A DNA stretch of 64,000 nt from Kondoa subrosea (Eukaryota): positions 736,208 to 800,207 of the forward strand of contig BCIN01000001.1 of assembly GCA_039545335.1 (NCBI GenBank), given 5' to 3'. This document shows positions 37,865 to 53,938 of the stretch, one piece after another. The notes under the pieces were generated by a model, which was not told the DNA's origin, did no database searches, and was given only the letters and a program-made list of their open reading frames with translations. Position 1 is the stretch's first letter, and each line of letters starts with the position of its first letter. Position numbers and translations under genes: made by a program.

Positions 37865-40800
37865 ATGGATGAATCGCAGATAGCTCAAGAGATAGCTAAT
37901 TCAAGACCCGGTCAGTCGCATCTCAATGCGTATAGCTCTACCCTGACAAGGAAGGATCAGAGGACTTGCAGCGGCCTCAGCAATTGAATGAAATTGGCCC
38001 TTCACCAAACTTCGCAGTCATAGTGCAACTCTTCGAGCTCTTCACTGCAAATAAGGGAGGACCTGCTGGCTCACGCAACAAACCAAACACCCGAAACATC
38101 GCAGAGAAACGTAAAGGATGGATCAATTCTACTTTCGAACAGTACAGGCAGAAAGTGGGACTGGATCTGTTCCCTATCGTACGCTTACTAGTACCAGATG
38201 TCAGTCCTCCTTCTACTTGCTTGCTATAGCTCTAGCTCAGCAGAACAGGGGGATGACAGAGAGACAGACAGCGAAACACTTATGGAGCCAAAGAACAAGT
38301 GTTAGCCAAAGCTTATGTAGGCGCTATGGGTCTCAAGAAAGGTACAACACCTGCCGAGCGTTTGCTTCATTGGAAACAACCAAGGAAAGACGAAGCTGGA
38401 GCTGGTGATTTTGCTGAAGTCGTTATGCAAGAAGTCAAATCTCGCTCTGCCATCACTTCCAAACAAGGCAATATGACTATTGATCAGCTTAATACTGCTC
38501 TGGATCAATTGGCTCGTGCAAGTAGCGAGTAAGTTTTGCTGCTGCTGCGGTCTGACTATAAGCTGATTCGAAATTAAAGGAACGATCGTATCAGGATCGT
38601 CCGGAACTTCTATGAGAACTTGACAGATGTCGAGAACAAATGGCTCGTGCGAATCATTCTCAAAGGTGAGACCGTAGCATCGGTTTCAGCTTCTTGCTGA
38701 TACTACAGCCATATGGTCTACACAGATCTCAAAATATCAATACGAGAACGTACAGTCCTAGCAGTCTTACATCCCGATGCTATGGATCTGTTCAACGTCT
38801 GTTCGGATCTGCGTCGAGTTTGTTGGACTTTATATGATCCCACTTATCGATTACCTCATGAGGCAAGTCTCGTAGATCTTTGGATTGCTCATAAATCTGA
38901 GAGTCAACCGCAATCTTGCAGGATTCGACAGTCAAGATTTTCATGTCTTTCCGACCTATGCTTTGCAAAAGGAATGACAATGATCGAAGAAGCGTGATCA
39001 AGAGCATGGGTCAGTTGCAAAATGATGTAGCAGTGAGTGAGTTCCCGTACTCGCCTGGATTTGGCTTAGATGTGGAACAATTCTCACAGAAAGATGGATT
39101 CATCATGGAAGAGAAACTCGATGGCGAGCGAATCCAGTTGCACAAGCGAGGAGAAGAATTTCGCTATTACTCGAGAAAGGATAAAGACTATACCGTGAGC
39201 CTGATTAGCGACATTCTGTATTTATGATTGGTTTGAGATTGATTCGCAGTATCTTTATGGCAAGAGTCGAGAAGAAGGTTCTTTGACGCCTTATGTACAT
39301 CATCTAATTCATGCAGATATCGAAGAGTGAGCATGCGCAGATCGACTCCTGGGAGTAATTGATAAAGCGCCGGTTGTCCACAGGATTGTCCTGGATGGCG
39401 AAATGCTGGCTTACGACCCGATTTTGCAGAAAGTCATGCCTTTCGGTAGTTTGAAGACTGCTGCGCTTGGTCAGTTGGTTGTGTATCTGTAGCAATATAG
39501 CTGGTCTGATAATCTATTCAGACAAGAGTACAGATCCGAATAAGCCTCGACCGGTCTGTGAGTTTAGCCTTCCACCATTTGGGACAAGCTCGCTAACTAT
39601 ACTCATTTAAAGTCAAAGTCTTTGACGTTCTGTACGCCAAAGGCAAAAAACAAGCTGTTGGCCAAACTTTGATCGCCAAGAAACTTTCAGCTCGCAAAGA
39701 ATTCATTCGCCGATTTACGAAACAATCTTCCGGGCGCCTAGAATGGGCCGATATGCGCTACGGGAAAACGGATGCTGATATCGAAGCGTACTTTGGCGAA
39801 ATCATGGAACGCTTTGGTGAAGGTTTGGTCATCAAGAATCCTCGTAGTCCTTATGTTTTGAATGGAAGAGAGGACAGTTGGATCAAAGTCAAGCCAGAAT
39901 ATACTGATGAAGTAAGATTGTTTACACTGGCGAATTCAGACGTATCGACTAATGAGGTGACTTTAGCTTGGAGAGAACTTTGATCTACTTGTCATTGGTG
40001 GCTTCTGGGGTTCTGGAAGAAGAGGTGGCTACTTCGGCAGCTTCTTTTGTGCTTTGCGAGACAGAAAGAGTGAATCAGAAACCCGGTCAGTCTCGTGCCA
40101 GATCCTGCTTTTTGTTCGAGCTTACGTGAGCAATCCATTGATAGCTACGTCTCCTTCTGTAAAGTCGGTTCGGGTCTGACCATGGACTACTTGAACCATA
40201 TCAAGTGAGTCTCCAAGTTATTCGCTCTGGCGTGGCTAATGGCGTGCAGAGAAACTACTGCCGGTAAATGGCGACCTTTCCCAAAGGACAAGCGCAATCC
40301 ACCTAACCTACTTTTCGGTAATGAGAAGCCTGACGAATGGATTGCACCTGAAGAGTAAGCTCTCTTTCTTTCATCTGATGTCAGTTAATTTGACCGCGCC
40401 TGACAGCTCTTTCTTCCTCGGAGTCAAGGCAGCTGAGATTGTCAATGATGGTCAGTTGATCTTGCCTCGGAAAGACTGTGCTGAGAAATGTGATTTAGCG
40501 CAAAATTATGGTGCCGGCGTGTGTCTGCGCTTTCCGCGTCAGTCGCAACTGAAGCAATGCGCTTTGGCTGATTTTCCGTTCAGGTATCCAATGGCTTGAC
40601 AAAGATCGAAAGAAGAAACCTGAGGATTGTATGGAATTGGAAGGCAAGACAATTTAGCAAACCTTGCGTCTAATAAATCTGAGCGCGATATTGCAGAGTT
40701 CTATGCTCGAAAGGAGGAGATGAAGAACAAGCAGAAGCCTGAAAATCAGAATCCAATGTAGGCTGATACTTCCGCTAACTAACAAATGCTCAAAATCACA

Positions 40801-42231
40801 TTGCAGCAATTTGGCCAAGAAGCGCAAGCTCAAGAAAGAACCTGCTGTAAGCCATGGTCTGCATCTGGGCACCCTGTCTGACGCCTGACCATGTTGCAGG
40901 CTACTACTTATGCGGATACTTTCCGTGGAGCTGATGTTACTGGAGTCGATATCGTGTCACGTGTTTTCGATGGCATGATGTTCTGTAAGCAGGCAATGAA
41001 GCTGACCCAATCTGAACGCATATCTAATGCTCTTTGGTAGGGGTTCTCGAAGGCGGCAAAGGATCTGGAGAAGCAAAGAATGATCTCGAGAGGCTCATAT
41101 ATGCCAACGGTGGTGATTAGTGAGTGTCATTCTCGCCGTCAGATTCTCCAAACTGAAGTATCATATAGCTGCCAGAAAGTGCCTGTTGCGGATGATCGAG
41201 CTATCATTTGCGATCGAACAGACTTTCTGACTGTTCAGAGTGTCATGAATCGAGGCGAGAGCATCATCAAGCCACAATGGATCCTAGACTGCGCTGCTCG
41301 AAAGAAGCGAATTCCATTGTCTGACCAGTAAGCCAGACAAATAATTCTTATCTAGTACCAGCTGAAAGGCCATGTAGATACTACACCTTCAAGTCAGACG
41401 AAACTATAGCAAGTCCAGTTCGGACTAAGAAAACTTCAGCTACATCAAAGAAGCAGATCAAAAAAGAGGAAGAAGAGTCGGCGACTGAATCGGACGAACC
41501 AATGAGAGATGCTTCGCCTGTTGCGAGTACTAGCAAATCAATCAACAAAGGAACCAAGCGAAAGTATCGCGAAGCCGTACCTGTCGATTCGGATGATGAA
41601 GAAGAGGAGGAAGAGAAAGTCAAGAAGGAGAGCGAGACTGAAAGCGAGACTGCTAGTGAACGTGATCCTAATGAAGATGATCCGGACTCGCATGACGAAG
41701 ATCAGGTTCAAGGTCGAGTGAGTCTCTTTCGCTGCAGTAAACGAACATGAACTCATAATTGGATAGCTCACTGGCTTTGCAAAGAACTCTGGTCCCGGAA
41801 TGGCTGCTGGCGTACCTAATGCTCAAGCGCATTATGGAGTAGAAAAGCACGAGTTGTTTAAGCATCTCTTCTTCTACCTCGATACACTTGAAGCGGGTCG
41901 CCAGAACAATCTGAGAACGGAAGCCACTACTCGAGCGACGTACGATGAACCTTGGCGAACAATCAAGGAAGACATACTGGCTGCAGGCGGTCAGATAGTC
42001 GGAATCAAGGATGATCGCTTGACGCATGTTGTTGTTTGGCCAGGCGACATGAGTCGGAGCAAGCAACTGTATCACTTGTATGTGCTCTTTCTCTGTTCCG
42101 ATGTAATGCTGACCACGCCTGACAGAACACCCAAAGAGCCTCGCTATCGTCAATTTGTCTCTTGCGCATGGGTGACCGATTCTGTGATTGAGGAACAGTT
42201 GAAGTTGGAGAACGAGTACAGGCCTATGTAA
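37865..42231 (+). CDS. LIG4: DNA ligase IV (NHEJ) with C-terminal BRCT domains
   Basis: EEKLDGERIQLHK adenylation motif, VLDGEM, EGLVIK..WIKVKPEY, CLRFPR, BRCT-like IIKPQWILDC and VSCAWVTDSV. Confidence 0.95.
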
Positions 42232-42376
42232 GGCTCTGAATATAATTGTAAAATAGTTTGCAACTCCGCATATGCCTGCATCGTCACTTTGTTGAAATTG
42301 GTCCCTTGCTTCGAACCATTCCACATTATACCAGATTTGCGTTACCATCCTATTGCAATATCCTATCTAGCACTCT

Positions 42377-44294
42377 ATGACGTCGTCTTACCGAGAAGAA
42401 GACACCTTTGCTTCCGTGGTCTGGGAACAAGAAGATCAGCCTGTGTCGAAACCAGACGAGTCGCCTCTGCACGAGAGCAAAGCGGACGAACAAGATGATG
42501 TGCAGCAAGAACAAGAGCCTTCTACCTCTTCTGCAGCAGTGGTGTCCAGTCCTAAAGCTTCGCGAAAGCCTCAAGCTCGAAATGATTCTGCTTCAGCTGG
42601 AAGCTGTTTTATGCGTGTATGCCAGCATCCTAAAGTATTATGCATCGGCTGAGTGACATTGTAGGTCACGGTCAAAGAGCCAGTCAAGGAGCTCGAGGGC
42701 TCGAAAGATACATTCGTTTCCTATGCTATCATAGGCGAGGTACGTAATGCTTCACGCTTTGGCGTATTTCGCTCAGAGGGGAACGATCAAATGCACAGAC
42801 TAATCTTCCTCAATTCAAGAACAAGCAATTTGCAACGCGCAGACGCTTTCAGGACTTTGTCTTTCTACGAGATCATCTATCAAAGGATTTTCCTGCTAGC
42901 GTAGTACCTCCGATACCTGACAAGCATAGAATGGGTGAGTTATGTCCACTCTATGCGTCGCCGTCGCTCATTTCGTTTGCAGAATATCTGACTGGAGATA
43001 GATTCAGTCCTGAGTTTGTAGAAAGGCGAAGAATGGAGTGCGTACAGTTTCCAATGATGCAGAGTCTCTGTTCAGCTTGCAATGTGCTACGCACAGTCTC
43101 AACCGCTTCTTGCAAAGAATAGCAAGGCATCCAACTTTGGCTCGCGCTAGCCTGACTCAAGCTTTTCTAGAGTCTACAGAATGGGTCAGTCCTGAAGTCA
43201 CTTACTGCTACCGGTTGAGTGCTCAAGAAGATTTGACAGACCGTTCGTATGCATCAACACGCATCGCATCCCGAAACACCTGACCCACCTCCTTCTCTGC
43301 TTGACAATCTATCAGACACGCTGCTGAACGCATTTGCGAAAGTACGGAAACCAGATGAGCGCTTTGTTGAGATCAAAGAAGGCATCGACAAGTTTGAAGA
43401 ATCGCTCGGCGGTGTCGATCGGATTGAAGGTCGAACGCGAACGAGAATCAACGGTCAGTCTGTCGTACTGCATCCACAGATCTTCTTACGGGCTTTCACA
43501 GATCTATCCAACGACTATGACTGCTTATCTGCCTCAATTCAAGGTCTAGCTTATCTGGAATCCGGCATTACAGAACCTCTTTCACGTTTCGAACAATCTC
43601 TTCTAGACTTTAGTGGCACTCTCCGTACATCTACGACCCGAACGATCGACCCATTCTTATACCACCTCTCTTCCCTCTTAGCCTATTCGCACGCTTTCCG
43701 AGGCGTACTGAAGCTCCGAGATCAAAAGCAATTGGATTTCGAAGAATTATCAGCTTATCTGTCGACAGTCACTTCGGAAAGAGATCGATTGGCTAATGGT
43801 TTGGCCGCTGGACCTGGGATTACGAGTTACCTTAAAAGCAAAGTTGAAGCTCTTAGAGGTAGTGATAGCGAGTATGGAAGGGACAGCAAGATGCATAAAT
43901 TGGATGCGAAGATTAAAGAGGCAAGTCAACACTTTATAACAGCCGAATTCGCGAGCTGATGTAACTTGAACGCCTGCAGTTACAAGAAGCGGTCTCGACT
44001 GCTCATGATGCATCAACGGACTTCAACACTGAAGTACTGAGGGAGCATGCGATCTTCCAGAAGGCGAAGAAGGCAGAGATGAAAGAACTGCTTGCGGCCT
44101 ATGCTGAAGGTCAAATTGCTTTTTACAAGAAGGTCGGCAAAGGTTCAGCTGTGCTCTGTTTTGTGCTCACTTGACCATGATGTTGACAGTCTATGGCTGA
44201 TTTCCAAGCTTGTGTGCCTTCGTATGTCCTGCTCTTTTGACTTGCCCGATCGCTGATTCGCTTCCCTAGCATTGAGACCATCCGAGTATCATAG
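42377..44294 (+). CDS. SNX4: Sorting nexin 4 / Atg24 (PX-BAR)
   Basis: RRRFQDFVFL..VVPPIPDKHR..DRFSPEFVERRR..LQRIARHPTL; LKLRDQKQLDFEELS. Confidence 0.92.
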
Positions 44295-44424
44295 AATTAT
44301 CAGCACTTGTATAAATGGCACGATGTGCAATATATGCGTTACATCAGCTGTATTACTCGAGATCAAAATGTTATCGGACTCTCTTTTTGACCACAAACAC
44401 TTCAATGCAATAACCAAGCTCAGA

Positions 44425-44677
44425 ATGGCAAAGAGCGTCGGCGGTCCTGTGAGGCTTACTACAAAAATGTCCACAAGCTATCTCATACTGTGCTCAGCGT
44501 CAAATCCTCGCGCCCATGATGGGTTTAATGGGACTCAGTTTAGTCGATGCAATCTCTTACCAATGCCTTGCTGAAAGATCAATAGTGGGCTTCGGCTACT
44601 TCCTGCTCAAAGTACGCAACGAGCGCGGCTGGAAGAAAGTTATCGAGCAGAAGCCATCTGGTGTCAAGTACGGGTGA
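44425..44677 (+). CDS. Predicted ~51-aa single-pass membrane microprotein (3 exons)
   Basis: MAKSVGGP|RQILAPMMGLMGL|MGFGYFLLKVRNERGWKKVIEQKPSGVKYG*; two ~50-nt GT-AG introns (second donor uncertain). Confidence 0.55.
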
Positions 44678-45317
44678 TTGACGAAGGAGAGCTCAGAGCG
44701 TGGCGCGTCAAAAGAAACAAGCACTGCATGTATTGCACATTGTATAGTAGATACTGGTTTATATTAAAAGCCTCAACATCCCTTGCAAGAATATCACAAG
44801 CTCTTTTGAATATTCTCAAACATACCCTCGACTAGAAACCCATTCTACTGTTATTTGCCCCAATAAATATACGCACAGCCCTTTCCCTTCTTTTGTTGAT
44901 GTTGTCTACTTTGATACAAGCCCCTTTTTGAAGTCTAATGATTGAATGTTGAATGCTGAGAAATGATGTCTAAAATTTGAGAAAAAGAAATGCCGTCTAA
45001 GTCTATAGAATTCTTCTAGTGTTGTTCTAAGTTTGCGAGTAGATGAAGAACGAGTAAGAAAAATGCTGAAAGTAAATGGGAAAGACGGTATCGCTTCTTC
45101 GAATTTCTAAGCATGCAACGAGTGGTGAAAAAGGGCTTGACTTGAATAGTAGAAAGCTGATTGAAGGAGAGAGATGCATAATTCGTCTATTGAAATCGGT
45201 TGGTTGAATGGATGCAAGGATATCTTCTATTTTGCAATAATGTCTTGAGGCGAAACGGAAATCTTAATCACATAAGGGGGAAAGCCGGAGGAGTCTTCTG
45301 TCGCCAAAGTGGGACTA

Positions 45318-47666
<2,349 letters not shown>

Positions 47667-47855
47667 ATTCTTTGGTTTGAGAGAAAAAAAGACTTGTACA
47701 AATTTTCATTCGCGCGACAGTGGCGATTCTTAGTAATTGCTTCGAAACGTATGCGAATCTAGAGTACTGCTACAATATACAAATTACATGCCTGAACTTT
47801 ACAATCTCATAGCTAACGAAAAGAACGACGAAAATGCATACCCCTTTCAATAAAC

Positions 47856-48772
47856 TCACGACTCCCACCACGGTCGTGATGTTTCCTTCTGCTCAATCTC
47901 CCTTAACACCCTAGCAGCTTCTCTATCATCTTCTTCATGGTTCCAACTCGGTGTTCTCGGTGTCAATGCTTGCATCGAAGATCTTCGACTATGATGATGG
48001 TAATGTTTGTTTCGAGGTGTAATCTCTTCTCTCAATATAGCACCACCGAAAGACAAACGTTTCTTTCCTGCTCCAACAGGCGATGATAAAGCTTCGTTAC
48101 CCGACTGAATGAGGGATTGAATTTGACTATTCATCTTGGCTAAATCGTCGTCTTCCTCTTCTATCGCTGCAGGGAGAGGTTGAGAAGGAACAGTGAAACT
48201 GAATGAAGAAGTAGGGAAAGAAGAAGTTTGGGTGGAAGATGGACGAGGTGCGCGAGTTGTTCGAGACGGTAGTCTAGCTGTCGACCGACGTGGAGCGTGA
48301 TGAATGTGCTTGACTACAGGTTTAGATGGTGATGCCGGTAAGGGGCTCTCGACCTGGACAAAATTGAAAAACGGAGAGTCGTGATACAAATATGAAACTT
48401 ACGTAGGCAGGTGGTGGATCTTCCTCTTCTTGAACTGGAACAGCACCAGCCTTTTGATCTTGTTGATTTGTAGCAGGCCAGAATACGTTGTATACAGCTA
48501 ATCCAACAGCAGCCCCCGTGTAGATTGTATCCACAGCTATTCAGGTTGTCAGACAACCCCAAGCTTTCTATCGCCAGCGGCTCACCACCAGTGACCAAAG
48601 AGCTGGCGATAGATGAGATCCTTCTACGCTTGCTAGCTCTACCTCCCTGATCTCGCTCCGATTCTACTGATAATGTTCCTTGCACCAAAACAGGCGACGT
48701 GCTCGCTTCTGCTGGAAAGGAACGCTTGCGATTGGTATACAGCGATTCGCTTGAGCTGGATGCGGGTAACAT
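47856..48772 (-). CDS. Hypothetical protein with short hydrophobic segment and PPAY motif
   Basis: Three exons in consecutive ORFs: KRRRISS..AAVGLAVYNVFW..PPPAY..QIQSLIQSGNEALSSP. Confidence 0.65.
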
Positions 48773-49185
48773 CGCGATTCTCTGGTATTTGTGTTTCGCT
48801 GCGACTTGGGCGTTCGAGGGAGACCTAAAGGGTTCAGCGAAAACGGCAATCCCTTCGCAGAAAGATATGGTCTCCTTTGACTGCCGCGCCGCAGAGAGTA
48901 ATCTCTATAGTCAGCCCTGCTCTAATTTGATTCATGCCTGTCCTGGTTTGGCCAATTCGACGTGAAACTTCGCTGCAACTCGTTTCGATTGTCGGGTCCG
49001 ATGGCTTCTGTGCTATATGTGATCTGTGTATATTCTGCTGTTCTCCTACGCCTCTTTCTGCCGTGAAATTATATCGAGCGCGTACTGCTTGACCCAAACA
49101 ACGACTCATCGTCTGTTCATCCATCTGCTCCCAATCCTGATATACACCTTACAAAACTAGCTTTGAATCGTTCTCGATCCCCGCA

Positions 49186-50534
49186 ATGAAGCGCGATACC
49201 CAGACTTGGGATAAACCAGATCCTCGTAAAGCATCATTATTACACTTTCACATGTCATCAATACTCATTCCTCGTTTGCCCTGCCATAAGAAGTAGCACA
49301 AGTACTCAAAGCTTTACCTGGAATGGATACTCTCTTATCTGGATCGTATGAAGAGATTTCTGAGAAATTCAGTCGATTCAAAGCTATTGGTGCAGCGAGC
49401 GCCAAATTGAACGAGAGTGGAGTGGAGCAACAAGAGATACTTTTGAAGCTACAAGGGAGGGAAAACGTGCCTGCTAGGATTTATACACCTTCGAAAGCGA
49501 AAGGCAAACTACCAACATTGATAGTGTCCGTTTACTTATTTTGAGCTTCTTCTCGATAATGACCTATCCCCTTAGCTATCATGGTGGAGCATACTGTTTT
49601 GGTTGGTGTGTCGCGTGTTTTCAAGGCAGGAACTAACCTCTAGGTCAGGCGATTTGGAGTCAGAACATGTTGTCTGCGTCAAGCTCTGTCAAATTCACAA
49701 ATGCCTCGTGATCAATGTGGACTATCGCTTAGCACCTCAGCATCAATTTCCAGCTGCACCGGATGATGCATTGACAGCGCTTGATTGGGTCAGTACGGCG
49801 AGCCTATCCAACTCGCAACCACTAAGTCTTGCATTCATAGACTCTTGCCAACGCAGAACAGTACAATATCGATCGCTCTCGAATCGCTTTATACGGAACA
49901 TCAGCAGGCGGTTGCTTAGCACTCATGACTGCCATCAATGCTCGAGATCGGTCAATCCCTCTTTGTGGTCTCGTTCTTCGCATTCCAGCAACTTGTCATG
50001 CTCTAGCTTGGCCCAAAGAATACCCTTACGAGAGTATGTTCACTCATGCGAATGCACCTATACTATCTACTTCAGCAATGAAGAATTTCGGCAAATGGTA
50101 TAACCCGAATGCAAATCCTCACGATCAGAGAGTTTCACCACTACTAGCTGATATGAAAGGCATGCCAAAGACATATATCGAAGCAGCAGGTTGTGATCGT
50201 GAGTGTTTTCATTTCACTTTCTGCTCTAAATCTGATGAAGACAATAGCTTTGAGAGATGAAGCCCTAGCATTACACGAGAAGATGATAACGGCAGGGTGA
50301 GGTGCTTCGCTTTGCTTCCTTCGAGGGTCTGATCGTTAGAAAATAGAGTCGAGTCTACCGCGAGAGTCTTTGCTGGTGTACCTGTGAGTGTTCAGCATCA
50401 GGTATAGGACTGCCTGACGTGGTTCGCAGCATGCTTTTGCTACGCTCATGACTTTGGACAAAGCGCAAGAAGCGTTCAAGGAGCTTGTAGTTCAGGTCGG
50501 ACGTATCTTCAAAGTCGAAGGAGCGAAGTTGTAA
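49186..50534 (+). CDS. HSL-family alpha/beta hydrolase (esterase/lipase)
   Basis: YHGGA, VDYRLAP, GTSAGG nucleophile elbow, GCD.LRDE, GVPHAF. Confidence 0.92.
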
Positions 50535-50707
50535 TTTTTCTGTAATCGCTATATTGTGTACCATAGCAATCACATTAGATCCGATCTCTAAAATTGCCAA
50601 TGGCGCATGCATTACGATATAATGTCTTGATGCTTGTCTCATTGTGTTTATCCTGAAGCACGTACTCGCTCTGACCATGGCCAGCGCAGCTGATATGTGA
50701 TCACTCG

Positions 50708-51872
50708 ATGCTTCTCCGATCTCCTAAAGCATGCAACAAGCGAGCCTTCCACTCCTCCCAATCGCTTGGTCGAAGTATTAGAATCTACGAGGTATCGCCT
50801 CGTGATGGCTTACAGGTGTGCATGAAGCCATTCTTCATGCTGTAGCTGAAGTTTATTTAGAACGAAAGAAAGACTATACCCCCAGACGTCAAGATTGGGC
50901 TGATCCAGCGATTGGCGAAATGCGGCTTCAAGTATGTTGAAGCTGGGTCCTTTGTTTCTCCAAAATGGGTTCCTCAGATGGCAAGCACAGCTGAAGTTCT
51001 GCCTCATCTTCCTCAAGCCGCAGGGATCACGTATTCATGTCTTACGCCGAACGAGAAAGCTCTTGAACTCTTCCATTCTTCTGGCTCTGAGCAATACTGC
51101 TCTGAAATTGCTGTGTTCCTAGCGGCGAGTGAGTCCTTCAATAAAGTGAATCTCAACCGGAGCGTGCAGCAATCACTCGATATCTGTCAACACGTGATAG
51201 AGAAAGCTCGAAGGTCAAATCTGCGGGTCAGAGGATACGTCTCGACTGTTATTGGTTGTCCTTTTGAAGGCCCGATCGAAGCGAAACAAGTCGCTTCCTT
51301 GACCAAGACATTGCTTGACATGGGCTGCTATGAAGTCTCGCTTGGCGATACAAACGGAGTCGGTGTGCCAGGTGCATGGGAGAATTTACTCAACGAAGTG
51401 ACGAGACATGTATCGGTCGAGAAACTGGCTGTGGGTCGTCTTTTCCGCTGTGAGTGCTATGCTGATTGACCACTCAGTCTCATTGTCACGATACATATGG
51501 CTGTGGTATCGCGAATGTACTTCGAGCAGTAGAAATGGGTGTCAACACTGTTGATAGCTCGATAGCAGGGTGAGTGCGACCCTGAAACGTTCGAAGTTTC
51601 CTGATGCAAGCAGGCTGGGCGGATGTCCTTATGCACCAGGCGCTACAGGCAATGTGGCTACTGAAGATGTTGTCTACGTGAACTGACTTGTCTGTGACAC
51701 TGCAAAAGCTAAGACTTTTGTACAGGCTCTGCATGGAGAAGGTTACGAAACGGGCATAGATTTGAGAAAGGCTGCGGACGTAGGGCAATGGATCAGTGAC
51801 TATTTAGGACGCGGGAACAGTAGCAGAGCTGGTATTGCTACTCTAGCCACGGAGAGGCGAATAAAAGATTGA
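50708..51872 (+). CDS. Hydroxymethylglutaryl-CoA lyase, mitochondrial presequence
   Basis: [56 protein letters not shown]. Confidence 0.95.
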
Positions 51873-51897
51873 TAGCAAGGTTGTCATACTCTCTAGC

Positions 51898-53592
51898 TCA
51901 GTCACGTGCGGGTCTTGCTCTCCCATCGTTTGGAGTTCCGAAGTCCATCGCCGGTAGATAGCGCTATAATGAGGCTTCTTCAAGAGCGAGTCTAAGACAC
52001 TGATAAGTATGAACTTACCTGTCTATATTTCGGTACAAATCTAGATCTTTTCGGCTTGGGTTGCGACTTCATGGGCGTTGACGCGTCACAAACGAGCTGA
52101 AAATACTCAGTGATAAGATGCTACATATATCCGATGAGCTGAATAGTGCCGAAAAAAAGGCCCGCTTACATTGCCTTCCTCTAAAACAAATGGACTTTCA
52201 GCTGCATTCACTCGCAAATTGATTTTCCTCTTGAATGTCAGGCCCTTGAGCTTGTGAAAGACATGCATCTTCAGCTGCAGTAGATTTCGTATTTGGGGCA
52301 TCTCATCAGCCACTTGCGCTTCTTCCTCACTCGAAGGGCGCAATAAGTTCAGGAGCACTTCTGTAGGGGCGCCTAGCTTCGCCATGAGCTGCTCGTCTTC
52401 GTCCTCATCATAAATCTCCATTATTTGATCAAGATATACTGCATCGGCAGCTTCCTCTTGCCAGTCTGCGGGTAAATTCAAGACAAGCTGCGTGCATTTA
52501 GGTAATTTATTCTTGTCTTGAAGTAGCGGAATGAGGTCGGATAACATCAAGACTGAGGGATAGAGAAGAGTGTATTGCACGATTGCCACGGATGCAGGTA
52601 AAAGAATGTCGCAAAGAGATCCCCAGCCGGAAGAATAGTCGAATACGAGATTAACTTGTTGCAGATTGGGACATTGTAGCAGAGCTGTGCGATTGGTAGT
52701 CCCGTACATGTCGTGAGGTATCGTCAAGCTGAGAGATTGAAGAGCAGGAGATAAGTCGGATAGAAGACGGGAAGGAGTATCCAGGTCATGATCGTCGAAC
52801 CATTGCAAACAAATACTCATTTCTGTAATCGTTTCGATCTTCAAGAGCGTGTCTAGCTGTTGGTCTGAGTAAACTCCATCCACAAAAGCGACCAATGAAT
52901 CGTCATCCATGCAGAAGACTAGGCTTTTCGGTATAATACCGCTGGCACTCTGAACTGAAAGCTTGGAACGACAATATTCATTGTCATCGCCGACTCCCCA
53001 CGATTGTAAGTATTTAATTCCAGCGGAATCGAGAATTTCCTCCATCTTCCGCAGAGGCGAACCATGCAGATAATCGTCGTCTTCGTAGTAGTGTAGTCTT
53101 AGAGGATAGACCATTTTGTCGGCGACGAGCGTCAGAGCGTGAAGATTCGGTAGACTACCTACCAATCTCATAAGAAGCGCGTAAGCTGAATTTCGTCGAA
53201 AGTCTTTCGCGCTGAAAGTAATGTGAACTTCTTGAACCATACACAGGTAAGGCTGCCCCTTGAAGTAATCCAAGGCTTCCTGCACGCCCGCCCAGCTATT
53301 GAAAAACAATTGGCGAAATGCAAGCGGAGCGAGAAGCGCGTAAAATTCCCAGCAGACGCGTCTGAGCTTGGTGAGATTTGAGAGATAGAGAACAGGGAGA
53401 AGTGTTCGAGGAAAGGCGGCCAGCTCGCAACCAGCTAGAGCCACACCGCTGTCAGCATAAGTGCAAGGAGATCATGACACCCTGTTGCAGCTCACGCTTC
53501 CTGTAGTCTGCTTCTGCATGTGCTGCGAGAAGAATGATCTCTCTACGCAGCTCGAATGGCAGGTTGCCAAACAGTGTTTTGCTAGGACGCAT
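51898..53592 (-). CDS. F-box-like / LRR-like protein, family copy 3
   Basis: LPFELRREIILL; LAGCELAAFPRTLLPV shared with copy 1; same intron positions; HLITEYF exon. Confidence 0.72.
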
Positions 53593-53660
53593 TTCGAGCT
53601 TGAAATGGTTAACGGTTCAATAAGCCAGCTGTAATCAACAGCCTGTTGTATCGAATGCTC

Positions 53661-53843
53661 AGGTATCCGATATCGCAGCTTCTCTTCAGCGGATGCGGAA
53701 CTTCTTCGACGTCGCAGATCAAAACACTAATACAGAGTATGGAGAAGTCAAATTAGTCAATCGTCACTTAGTGCAAACGACAGCTAGTTTGGTCAGATCA
53801 TGTGATACTTCCGCATCCGCATGCTGAAAGAGACAGGATGCCT
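53661..53843. repeat. Imperfect inverted repeat / foldback (MITE-like?)
   Basis: GCGGATGCGGAA 53689-53700 vs TTCCGCATCCGC 53809-53820, with imperfect outer extensions. Confidence 0.5.
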
Positions 53844-53938
53844 AACGATTGACATATGCATTGCATGGATAGGTTTCGCGATTTTCATGTACAAACCCAT
53901 ATCATCAGCTTGCGCAGTATTGACTCTAGCGTGCTACG

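Noticed and set aside
41668..42348. 226-aa antisense ORF over LIG4 3' end, and similar antisense ORFs elsewhere
   Set aside because: Shadow ORFs of real genes with no independent motifs
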